Below are positions 53,820-61,721 of a stretch of 64,000 nucleotides of DNA, piece by piece. The stretch spans positions 224,001-288,000 of the forward strand of contig CAVTWJ010000023.1 of NCBI GenBank assembly GCA_963738405.1, written 5' to 3'. The first letter of the stretch is position 1. Each line of letters opens with the position of its first letter. Below the pieces are notes generated by a model, which saw nothing but the letters and a program-made list of their open reading frames with translations, was not told where the DNA came from and did not search any database. This stretch comes from a candidate division FCPU426 bacterium (lineage in GTDB: Bacteria > Oederibacteriota > Muellerivitia > Muellerivitales > Muellerivitaceae). Made by a program: the position numbers and the translations under genes.

Positions 53820-55073
53820 TTAACGCTGGCGCTTCAGCCAGCGTACCGGATCCTGGGGAATGCCGTTTTGGCGGATCTCGAAATAAAGACTGCTTCCCCA
53901 CTGGTCGGCGTAAAGCGAGCCGGTGTCTCCCACGGTACCCAAGATCTGCCCCTGGGCGACCTCCGTGCCTTCGGCCACACTGAGTTCGGCGGCCTGAGCG
54001 TAGAGGGAATAATACCCTTTGCCATGGTCCAAAATCACCAGTTTTCCATAGCCTTTGAACCAGTCGGCGTAACGGACCTTGCCTTTCGCCACCGCCCGAA
54101 AGGGCGTTCCTTGGGCGGCGGCGATCTGGATGCCGGTATTTTCAACCATTTCGTTGAATTCTTTATTCCGGGTTTTCCCGAAGGCCATCATGATCTTTCC
54201 CGACACGGGCCAGGGAATCCTGCCCCGAACCACCTTCAAACCCGATCCTGCCGCCGGCTGGTGGTCCGCGGCTTCCACCTGGGTGGCCGTTTGGGCCTGG
54301 CTTAACAACAGGGAAACCTTTTGCTGCAGCTCACCCGCCGCGTCATTAAGTTCCGCCAACAGCTGTTCCTGGCTTTCCTTTTGACGCTTCAAGGAGTCCA
54401 AAAACACCGCGCGGTTCTTTTTTTTGCGTTCGAACTCCAGTTCCTTCTTTTCCTGAACCGTGAGGATCTTTTCCTTGCGCTGCTCTTCTCCCACCCATTC
54501 GGACGAGGCGTTTTCCAAGGCCTGTTCGTTTTCCAAGGTCTTATCCATCAGCCTTTCGTTGCTCAGGGCCAGGAGGGTCTCAAACTTGAGTTTTCGGGAC
54601 AAATCGGAGGGGTTTTCGCTGGAGAGCACGCCCCCCAGCAGGGGCTGGCGGAAGGACATTCGGTAAAGGTCCCGGAGCCGTTGTTGAAGAAGGGTCCGGT
54701 CCTGCTGAAGTAAAAGACTGTTTTGAACCTTGTTGGACTGGAGCCGGTCCAGCCGGTCTCGGGTTTCATCCAGCTCTTCCTTGTTGGCTTCCTTTTCCCG
54801 GCGCAATTTCCCAAGGGCCTGGTCCACCTGCTGGAGATGGGAAAGGACGTTTTTCTCCTTGGCCTCGGTTTGCTTTTTTATTTTTTTATGCTCGGCGATT
54901 TGTTTTTGAATTTCGGCGAGGTTTTTTTTGTTCTGGTGAAGATCATGTTTAAGGGTCTTCAGGTCGGCGGGGGTGAAGGCGGGTGCGGGATTATCGGAAG
55001 CGGGCGCATCCTGGGCGAGGGACGGTGAAACAACCGCTAAAAATGCCGCAAGCAGGAAAAACCGTAAAGACAA
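53820..55073 (-). CDS. envC: EnvC-like murein hydrolase activator (coiled coil + degenerate M23); start uncertain
   Basis: Signal peptide, long coiled coil, WPVSG, GYGK, SLYA, LYFEIR lacking Zn His ligands; follows ftsX; TTG 55073 chosen. Confidence 0.85.
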   Translation of the reverse strand: MSLRFFLLAAFLAVVSPSLAQDAPASDNPAPAFTPADLKTLKHDLHQNKKNLAEIQKQIAEHKKIKKQTEAKEKNVLSHLQQVDQALGKLRREKEANKEELDETRDRLDRLQSNKVQNSLLLQQDRTLLQQRLRDLYRMSFRQPLLGGVLSSENPSDLSRKLKFETLLALSNERLMDKTLENEQALENASSEWVGEEQRKEKILTVQEKKELEFERKKKNRAVFLDSLKRQKESQEQLLAELNDAAGELQQKVSLLLSQAQTATQVEAADHQPAAGSGLKVVRGRIPWPVSGKIMMAFGKTRNKEFNEMVENTGIQIAAAQGTPFRAVAKGKVRYADWFKGYGKLVILDHGKGYYSLYAQAAELSVAEGTEVAQGQILGTVGDTGSLYADQWGSSLYFEIRQNGIPQDPVRWLKRQR

Positions 55074-55078
55074 TTTTT

Positions 55079-55171
55079 CACCACCAAGGCACCAAGGCAC
55101 CAAGTAATTTCTAAGTTTTAAATCCAAATCTTTGATTTTGCTTTCCTTGGAGTCTTGGTGTCTTGGTGGTG
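55079..55171. repeat. Palindromic intergenic repeat, 9-mer family, copy 3
   Basis: CACCACCAAGGCACCAAGGCACCAAG .. CTTGGAGTCTTGGTGTCTTGGTGGTG. Confidence 0.9.
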
Positions 55172-55188
55172 AATCATTTGAATTTCCT

Positions 55189-56091
55189 TTAATGCAGTTC
55201 CCGGACCCATTTCTTTTGAACGGCCCATAGGGCCCCAGCCAAACCCAGCAAGCCGCCCAGGAGGATGAGGGTCAAGTAAAGGCTCCACCAGTTGATATCC
55301 GGAAGATTAAGGAAAATCTCCGCCCCTCCCGACTTGGGGAGTGCCCAGCTCAGGACACTTTTGAAAACTTCCAGAACCAAGATGCCGCCCCCGGCCCCCA
55401 GAAGGCCTTTGAGCGTTCCTTCCCATAGATAGGGACCCCATCGCATCCAGGCGGGCGCTCCCAAGCGGGAAAGCAAAACCCATTCTTCTCTTCTGGCCCA
55501 AAGGGCCAGGGTGAGGGCGTTGGAAACAATGAAAAGCGCGGTGATGAAAACAAAACTACCCAGGAACCAGCCGACCCATCGCGCCAGACGGCTCAAGTTG
55601 GATACTGTCTCCCATTCTCCCTTTCCATAATCGACCTCCTCGACCGACGGATCTTTTTTCAAGTCCTCGGCCAGATCGTCGATCTTGTCGGATACGTCTT
55701 TTTTCAGGATGACGCTGAGGGTATCGGTCAGGGGGTTCTCGCCCAGGGCCTGAACCATGCGGTCCACATCCGGGTCCTTCCTGAAATCCTTCAAGGCCTC
55801 GTCCTTACCTATGATCCGAACCGAGGCCACCCGTGGGTCGTTGGTGAGACGGGTTTGGAGGCGTTGGATGTCCACCGGCCCTGTGGCCGGGGCCAAGAAA
55901 ACCGCCATCTCAAATTTTTGACGGGCTGAAAGCAGGGCGTTGTCTAAAACTCTCGAAAGACCGAGGAAAACCGAAAGCTGGATAATCGCCGCGCCCACGA
56001 TAACCACCACAGCCATCGAAAGGCCAGGAAACCGGATCATGTTGTTCAAACCTTCTTTGAATACGTAAACCAGTTTTTGGAAAGGGTTCAT
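55189..56091 (-). CDS. ftsX: Cell division permease-like protein FtsX
   Basis: TM1, KDEALKDF, ENPL, IVSN..L..RREE..LGA..P..EG; ATG 56091 overlaps ftsE stop. Confidence 0.88.
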   Translation of the reverse strand: MNPFQKLVYVFKEGLNNMIRFPGLSMAVVVIVGAAIIQLSVFLGLSRVLDNALLSARQKFEMAVFLAPATGPVDIQRLQTRLTNDPRVASVRIIGKDEALKDFRKDPDVDRMVQALGENPLTDTLSVILKKDVSDKIDDLAEDLKKDPSVEEVDYGKGEWETVSNLSRLARWVGWFLGSFVFITALFIVSNALTLALWARREEWVLLSRLGAPAWMRWGPYLWEGTLKGLLGAGGGILVLEVFKSVLSWALPKSGGAEIFLNLPDINWWSLYLTLILLGGLLGLAGALWAVQKKWVRELH

Positions 56092-56783
56092 GCCGCTGGT
56101 CCTTCCCAAGGAACCAGCTTCCCATCCGTCAACCGGTGCCAATGGATAAATCCCCTCAAGACAGGAAGTTCTTGCTCGGCCTCAGAAAAGGCATGTCGGG
56201 ATGTCAAAACTACAGTGGCCCCGGTCTTTCGTAATTCCCCCAACAGACGCAGCACCACAAGGGCGGCATGGGGGTCTAGGCCTTGTAGAGGCTCATCGGC
56301 TAAATAGAGCTTGGGACGGAAGATCATGGCTCTTAAGCAAAGAACCATCCTCTGCTGGCCTGCGGAAAGGTCGGCGGGTTTGGCGTCTTTTTTCTCTGCT
56401 AATCCCGCGTGTTCCAAGAGCTTAAGGATGGCGTCCTTCTGCCCCTCGGGATGGATGCCCTTGAGTTGAAGGGTAAAGAGGATGTTTTCTTCCACCGTTC
56501 TGTCGGGGAAGAGGGTGAGGTCCGAAAAAACCATCCCCACCTCATTGAGCCATGCCTTTTTTTCGGAAGAAGAAAAGGAAAAGGGGTCCCCAGGGCCAAC
56601 TTTTAAAACACCGGATGTGGGTTTTTCCTCACCTGCCAGGATTTTTAAAAAGGTGCTTTTACCGCTGTTGTTTTCGCCAAGAATGACGTTGAAGGAAGCT
56701 TCGGGGAACGAAAAGAAGGCGTCGTCGAGCACCTTGGCGCCCGATGGATGGACCTTGGTGAGGTGGAAAGCCTGGATAATCAT
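56088..56783 (-). CDS. ftsE: FtsE-like ABC ATPase with degenerate motifs
   Basis: GENNSGKS, LSAGQQ, LADEP; synteny with ftsX-envC. Confidence 0.82.
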   Translation of the reverse strand: MIIQAFHLTKVHPSGAKVLDDAFFSFPEASFNVILGENNSGKSTFLKILAGEEKPTSGVLKVGPGDPFSFSSSEKKAWLNEVGMVFSDLTLFPDRTVEENILFTLQLKGIHPEGQKDAILKLLEHAGLAEKKDAKPADLSAGQQRMVLCLRAMIFRPKLYLADEPLQGLDPHAALVVLRLLGELRKTGATVVLTSRHAFSEAEQELPVLRGFIHWHRLTDGKLVPWEGPAA

Positions 56784-56853
56784 ATTAAAGATTAAATTAC
56801 GGCAGTAGCGCCGGAGGCGCAAGGAAAAACCCGGACGACCTACAAACCTTTTT

Positions 56854-56962
56854 CACCGCCAAGACGCTAAGACGCCAAGAAAATCTTAAAAAAGATTTGG
56901 ACTTACACCGTTTTTCCCAACTTGTCTAACGTAGTTCTTGGTGACTTGGTGTCTTGGTGGTG
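56854..56962. repeat. Palindromic intergenic repeat, 9-mer family, copy 4
   Basis: CACCGCCAAGACGCTAAGACGCCAAGAA .. TTCTTGGTGACTTGGTGTCTTGGTGGTG. Confidence 0.9.
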
Positions 56963-56997
56963 AAAACTTTGAGTTTTTCAGAAGTTATAGGTTTTGA

Positions 56998-57897
56998 TTA
57001 CCGGTAATCTTCCGGCTTGGCGGGTTCGGTATGAACGAACACCTCATCCACTCCCGAAATGGACTTCTTCACCGTCGCGATCACCTGATGGGTGAGGGCG
57101 TGGGATTGTTGAATCGTCATGGCGGGGTCCACCTGAATATGCAGGTCCACATGGATATGGCCTGGCATACCGTGGCTTCGAATCTTGTGGCAGGCCAGGA
57201 TGCCGGGAACTGACCGGGCCGCCGCCACCACCTGGGCGGGATCAAGCATGATCCGGTCCGAAAGAACGTTGAGGGATTGGTTAACGATATGAAAAGCCGC
57301 CCGGGCCACGATCACCACCACAATCAAAGAAGCCAGCCAATCTACCCAGGCAAAACCAAAATGGGCCCCGGCGAGAGCAACGAAAACCGCAGCGCAGGAA
57401 AGGGTGTCTGTCCCTGTGTGGGCGCTATCAGCTAAAAGAAGCGAACTGCCCAAAGACTTTGCTTTTTTCGCCTCGAACCATGAAATCCATGCGCTGATCG
57501 CCATGGCACAGCCCATCACCACAAAGGAAAGAATATTGGGATCGGGGGGGGGAGTATGGGAGAAAAAATGGCCCACGGCCCTTTCCAGAATCTCCACGCA
57601 GGCCACGCCCATCAGGATGGCGATGACCAGGGAGGCTACCACCTCAAACTTTTGATGGCCATAGGGGTGGTCCTCGTCGGCGGGCTTGGAAGCCACCGAC
57701 ACGCTGAGAAGCCCCACCACATTGGCCGCCGCATCCAGGAGCGAGTGGACCCCGTCCGCCACCATGGAAAGCGAGTTCACGGCGATGCCTACCGCGATTT
57801 TCCCGAAAGAAACCAAAAGATTGGAAACCAACGTAATCCCAAGAACTTTTAATACTTCGCGGTAAGGGGGAGCGGCTGGGGCGAGAGATGAGTTCAT
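56998..57897 (-). CDS. Cation diffusion facilitator (FieF-like)
   Basis: ADGVHSLLD, PADEDHPYGH.K.E, ADSAH..D, HVDLHI, VHTEP. Confidence 0.93.
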   Translation of the reverse strand: MNSSLAPAAPPYREVLKVLGITLVSNLLVSFGKIAVGIAVNSLSMVADGVHSLLDAAANVVGLLSVSVASKPADEDHPYGHQKFEVVASLVIAILMGVACVEILERAVGHFFSHTPPPDPNILSFVVMGCAMAISAWISWFEAKKAKSLGSSLLLADSAHTGTDTLSCAAVFVALAGAHFGFAWVDWLASLIVVVIVARAAFHIVNQSLNVLSDRIMLDPAQVVAAARSVPGILACHKIRSHGMPGHIHVDLHIQVDPAMTIQQSHALTHQVIATVKKSISGVDEVFVHTEPAKPEDYR

Positions 57898-58074
57898 GTA
57901 TTCATTTTACCGGCTACCCGGGACTCCCCAAGGGAAAAGGAGAAAAACAAAAATGAATATTCAGGTATTTGTTGAAAGAATATCCCAGCACACATAAAAC
58001 TCTTCAAGAGGCAAAAAACGGGGATTAACTTTCATTTCGAACGTTAGGTGTTTGGAAAATGTCATGATCCCGCA

Positions 58075-59112
58075 TCAGGGCATCGCTTGATCGGGCGAAT
58101 CAATCTTCGTAACAGTCTTTCCGTCTAGTGAGAAAGCCCTTAATTCAACTGTCATGACTGTTTTTGTATCACCTAAAACACTGGTGTAGCTTTTTGTCCC
58201 TATAACTCTTACACCGACATATACATTTTGATTGTCGACAGCATCAAATTTTGCTGCATTGGTCAAATAGAACGTTCTTTGAAAACCATCTCCAGGTTCA
58301 AAAGAAATGAGGTATTCCGAATCGTTCACTTTTTGGAGAATCTTTACCATCCCAACTACTTTTTTGCCGACTAAATTTGTCCCCTGGGTGCAAAGATCAA
58401 GAAAATCATATCGTTTATCTGACGGATTTGGAGTGGGGGGTGGATACCAAACATTGGTTTCGTTAGGAGACACGACATTTAATTTTATAAAATCTTTGGA
58501 TTTATCCCCGTCTTGATATTCGAAAAATCCATTTACCATTACAACAGCGTTCACCATCTCCCCTTCCTTCAAATCGCGGAATATAGAAGAACCACTTTCG
58601 CTCGTTAAACAATAAATATTAGATTTATCGTCCCCAAATATACCGCCTAAATCAATTTGACCTGGTTGAGAATATTTCCACTTTTCATTTTCCGGAATAG
58701 GAAGTTTTACTAAATATGAATTTTTATCAACTTTTTTAAAAAGTTTAAATTCTTCAAAAAACGCACTCCCTTTTTCCGGGTTGTTTCCTTTGCCCCATAA
58801 CGTTCCAAATCCATATACGTTGTAAATTGTTTTTACAGACTGATTTTTATCAACCATTTCCAAGTTTAAGATTTTGTTGGCTCCAAAATACTTTAAATAA
58901 CTCCTCTTTTGATTCGAGGAAAGAACCATTCCCTCGCCTCCACTTAAACCATAGTTACAACCGAAACAATACATTTGAAAAGGCGGTTCCAACTGTGGGT
59001 CATTGAGGTTTGTGGATTCCAATATCAAAAAAGGTTCAGGCGTTGGAGTTGGAAGTTGCGCCGAAACATTTGACCCAATAAGAAGCAGCAATATCCAAAT
59101 CAAACTTTTCAT
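58075..59112 (-). CDS. Hypothetical secreted protein with two related beta-rich domains
   Basis: ATG 59112 overlapping upstream TGA, GGAGG RBS, signal peptide MKSLIWILLLLIGSNVSA, PTPTP linkers; AT-rich. Confidence 0.75.
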   Translation of the reverse strand: MKSLIWILLLLIGSNVSAQLPTPTPEPFLILESTNLNDPQLEPPFQMYCFGCNYGLSGGEGMVLSSNQKRSYLKYFGANKILNLEMVDKNQSVKTIYNVYGFGTLWGKGNNPEKGSAFFEEFKLFKKVDKNSYLVKLPIPENEKWKYSQPGQIDLGGIFGDDKSNIYCLTSESGSSIFRDLKEGEMVNAVVMVNGFFEYQDGDKSKDFIKLNVVSPNETNVWYPPPTPNPSDKRYDFLDLCTQGTNLVGKKVVGMVKILQKVNDSEYLISFEPGDGFQRTFYLTNAAKFDAVDNQNVYVGVRVIGTKSYTSVLGDTKTVMTVELRAFSLDGKTVTKIDSPDQAMP

Positions 59113-59879
59113 TCCGCCTCCTTTTTTATCCAATCGCCAATAGCCTTTTTGATTTTATTAGTAATTCCATGACTTCGCTGAATATTGTGGTTAAACCCAA
59201 GAACAAGTAAATCTCGGTTCAATTCAACTCCAGATATTTTTTTAATGATTCCCTTATAAGAGCGGCCTACTCCACCTTTTCTGGCAAGGAACCAATCAGG
59301 CATTATTTTTTCTTTAAAATCCACATCGAATACCTTTTTTAATACTCTTACAACACCATTCCCGTTGATTATTAAAAGTCGAATTGGAGATTCGCGGAGA
59401 AGTATTCCAAGCGTGTCTTTGCATGTTTCTAAAAGCAGTTTTTGTTGTTCAGCGTTGAGCTTAGACCATTTACATTCCGTCGCATAGGGAACCAGGTCCA
59501 AATGACAGGCTTGATTTGTTTTATCGAAATAGGAACTTTTGGTCCCTTTGATCAATTCATCCAATGGATTGAACCATTGTACATATGGATTTCCGAAGAA
59601 ATATTTTCGACATGAGTCTTGAATTAATTGTAAATGTTTTTCTTTTATCGCTTCCCAATTGATAATTCCAAGCGATTTCAAGGTGTGAAAACGCCTTTCT
59701 CGTCCATCGAGCTCTTTTTTATTTTTAACAAACTCAAGATTACTAGGATTCAATCCAAGAGTAGCAACCTTAGATTGCGTATGATCTCCAAAGGAAATAA
59801 CCGGAGCAGCCCAAGAAAATATATTTGCTTTTGATAGTCTTGGAATACTTTCAATCAGATTTAATAAGATTTTGCTCAT
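59109..59879 (-). CDS. Hypothetical protein, probable uracil-DNA-glycosylase-superfamily fold
   Basis: PVISFGD..VATLGLNPS, HLDLVPYAT, P.RLLIING, late H (FNHNI); AT-rich; ATG 59879 chosen. Confidence 0.6.
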   Translation of the reverse strand: MSKILLNLIESIPRLSKANIFSWAAPVISFGDHTQSKVATLGLNPSNLEFVKNKKELDGRERRFHTLKSLGIINWEAIKEKHLQLIQDSCRKYFFGNPYVQWFNPLDELIKGTKSSYFDKTNQACHLDLVPYATECKWSKLNAEQQKLLLETCKDTLGILLRESPIRLLIINGNGVVRVLKKVFDVDFKEKIMPDWFLARKGGVGRSYKGIIKKISGVELNRDLLVLGFNHNIQRSHGITNKIKKAIGDWIKKEAE

Positions 59880-60152
59880 TGTTTTTCGAATTATAGTTTT
59901 ATTGTTCGCAATTGATCCCCGTCCTGGACAACCCATTTCAAACAACATTATCGCGCCCGGACACCCATCCACCTTATCAAACTTTTGCACTTTTTTTGTC
60001 AGGCTCGCATACAGATAAACCCATTTTTTTAATTGCCTCTAATAAGGGTCTGAATTATTTTCGGGTTATATCAAACAGCCAATAAGCCGTTGGCTTTCAT
60101 TTAGCTCAAGGCCAATAGCTAAAATCCAATGGCTGTTATTTGGAGGTTCAAT

Positions 60153-61217
60153 ATGTCTCAAAATCTAGATTTTAAAAAAATCCCCCTTTCCAAAATCATG
60201 CCGAACTTTGATCAGCCCCGGCGGATGTTCAAACCTGGGTCTACCCAATCCATGGCCGAATCCCTACTGGCCGTAGGCCAGCAAACCCTCGCCAAGGTGC
60301 GCCGCCTGACGGATGAGGAAAAAGCCTCTTACTCTTACTTTGACTACGAATGGCCCGTGGGTACGACCGCACCTAAAAAATCGAATGGTGAGTTCGGCTT
60401 CGAATACATGATGATCGGGGGTCACCGGCGCTTGGCAGGTGCCAAATTGGCGGCCTTTGAGACCCTAGATTGCGTCATTATGGATGTCGCCCCTGAAGAC
60501 ACCCACCTCGCCTCCCTAATGGACAATAGCAATGTCGAGATGAGCTGGTGGGACTGGGATTTAGCCATTGAAAAGGAACACCTTCTTCACCCAAATCTGT
60601 CCCAAAGGGAGCTGGCTAAGCGTTTAGGCGTATCCAAAAGCAAGGTGAATAATGCCTTAAAGATATTAGCGGTTCTAAATAAGCTTAGCCGAGGTTCGAT
60701 TGATATGAACTTGGACAAAGTCCCACTCGATGGGGATTTCCATCCCCCAACCTCTGACCAACCCCAGGATGTAGAGGGTGACCCTGTCCAGACTCTGGAC
60801 AAAACCAAGCCCGATTATGAGATTACCGAATATGTTTTACTGGCTTTAGCCGACCTTGAAGATCCGGCTTATGTGAGTGATACCTTGGACATCATAATCG
60901 ACAATAAAATGAATCTCGGATTAGCCAAAAAATTGATCGAATTCGTAATGAACGGGGGTGAGCCCGAAGCTTTTGATCCCAAAAAGGCTTCTACTGGCAA
61001 AGAGAAAGAAGAGGACCCCTTCGCGGAAGACTGGAAGGGTTTAGGGAAGGACATAAAGGTCAAACACAAGGGCGGTGAGGATTACGAGATCAAACTGGCC
61101 GTGACTGGGGGAGAAAAGGCCTTTGAGATTGTTCAGGCCGCCCAAAGGACACTAGAGGGGGGCCTAGTCGAAAGGTTATCCAAAATCTTCACTGGTATGG
61201 ACAACCCTAAATCATAG
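60153..61217 (+). CDS. Orphan ParB/Spo0J/KorB-like protein (CTPase N-domain + HTH)
   Basis: IPLSKIMPN..QPRR.F, GGHRRL, SLMDN, SQRELAKRLGVSKSKVNNAL; ATG 60153 after GGAGG; no parA nearby. Confidence 0.88.
   Translation: MSQNLDFKKIPLSKIMPNFDQPRRMFKPGSTQSMAESLLAVGQQTLAKVRRLTDEEKASYSYFDYEWPVGTTAPKKSNGEFGFEYMMIGGHRRLAGAKLAAFETLDCVIMDVAPEDTHLASLMDNSNVEMSWWDWDLAIEKEHLLHPNLSQRELAKRLGVSKSKVNNALKILAVLNKLSRGSIDMNLDKVPLDGDFHPPTSDQPQDVEGDPVQTLDKTKPDYEITEYVLLALADLEDPAYVSDTLDIIIDNKMNLGLAKKLIEFVMNGGEPEAFDPKKASTGKEKEEDPFAEDWKGLGKDIKVKHKGGEDYEIKLAVTGGEKAFEIVQAAQRTLEGGLVERLSKIFTGMDNPKS
60785..60808. promoter_or_regulatory. Putative parS-like palindrome inside the ParB-like gene
   Basis: TGTCCAGACTCTGGACA perfect inverted repeat; 24 bp identical to 61358-61381. 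Confidence 0.6.
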
Positions 61218-61234
61218 GCCTAACGCAGCTAACG

Positions 61235-61325
61235 CTCTCCCCTTGAGGGAGAGGGCCAGGGTGAGGGACGTCGTATGTCGCAATATCACCCTCATCCCAT
61301 CCTTCTCCCCTCAAGGGAGAAGGAG
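61235..61325. repeat. REP/REPIN-like palindromic element
   Basis: CTCTCCCCTTGAGGGAGAGGGCCAGGGTGAGGG .. CCCTCATCCCATCCTTCTCCCCTCAAGGGAGAAGG; two self-palindromic arms in inverted orientation. Confidence 0.8.
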
Positions 61326-61356
61326 TTATGCGCGTAAACAAACATTCGCTCAGTCC

Positions 61357-61381
61357 TTGTCCAGACTCTGGACAAAACCAA
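61357..61381. promoter_or_regulatory. Second parS-like palindrome, upstream of TA promoter
   Basis: TTGTCCAGA-C-TCTGGACAA perfect 19-bp inverted repeat + AACCAA. Confidence 0.6.
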
Positions 61382-61388
61382 AGTGGCC

Positions 61389-61417
61389 TTGATTAGTATT
61401 ATCTAAAGTAATATATT
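61389..61417 (+). promoter_or_regulatory. Putative sigma70 promoter of the TA operon with overlapping GTAATA/TATTAC-type operator repeats
   Basis: TTGATT-17 nt-TATATT; GTAATATATTTAC, TACAATACATTTTGTA and TGTATTACA nearby. Confidence 0.55.
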
Positions 61418-61448
61418 TACAATACATTTTGTAGTAGGAGTGTATTAC

Positions 61449-61721
61449 ATGAGTGTCATTACAATCCGACTGGATGAGAAGCTAGAAAGCCTGCTGAACC
61501 AGGAAATTCAACTCGCAGATAAATCCAGGTCCGACCTGGTTCGTGAGGCCCTGGAACAATACTTGGCTTACCGCAACCAGGAACGCCTCAAGCAATCCAT
61601 CGTCCAGGAAATGAAAAACCTGCCGGAGGATGCCAGGCGGGAAGGCCTGTCTGTGGCTGAGGACTTCCTTCCCTATTCCGCTGTGGACTCGCATGAAAAG
61701 GGCGGCCCATGGTGGAAATAA
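61449..61721 (+). CDS. Ribbon-helix-helix (CopG-type) antitoxin
   Basis: ITIRLDE..L..SRSDLVREALEQYL; AGGAG RBS; overlaps toxin start. Confidence 0.88.
   Translation: MSVITIRLDEKLESLLNQEIQLADKSRSDLVREALEQYLAYRNQERLKQSIVQEMKNLPEDARREGLSVAEDFLPYSAVDSHEKGGPWWK

Noticed and set aside
49712..56962. CRISPR array interpretation of the 9-mer repeats
   Set aside because: Arms are inverted, copies are kilobases apart and separated by housekeeping genes, and no cas genes are present
113..57852. Numerous plus-strand ORFs in the track (e.g. 12346-12978, 15168-15872, 52121-52978)
   Set aside because: Antisense shadows of well-supported minus-strand genes with no recognisable motifs
58020..58074. attC site after the secreted-protein gene (ACCTAAC on minus strand)
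   Set aside because: No properly spaced complementary GTTRRRY or L boxes, and no integrase in the window
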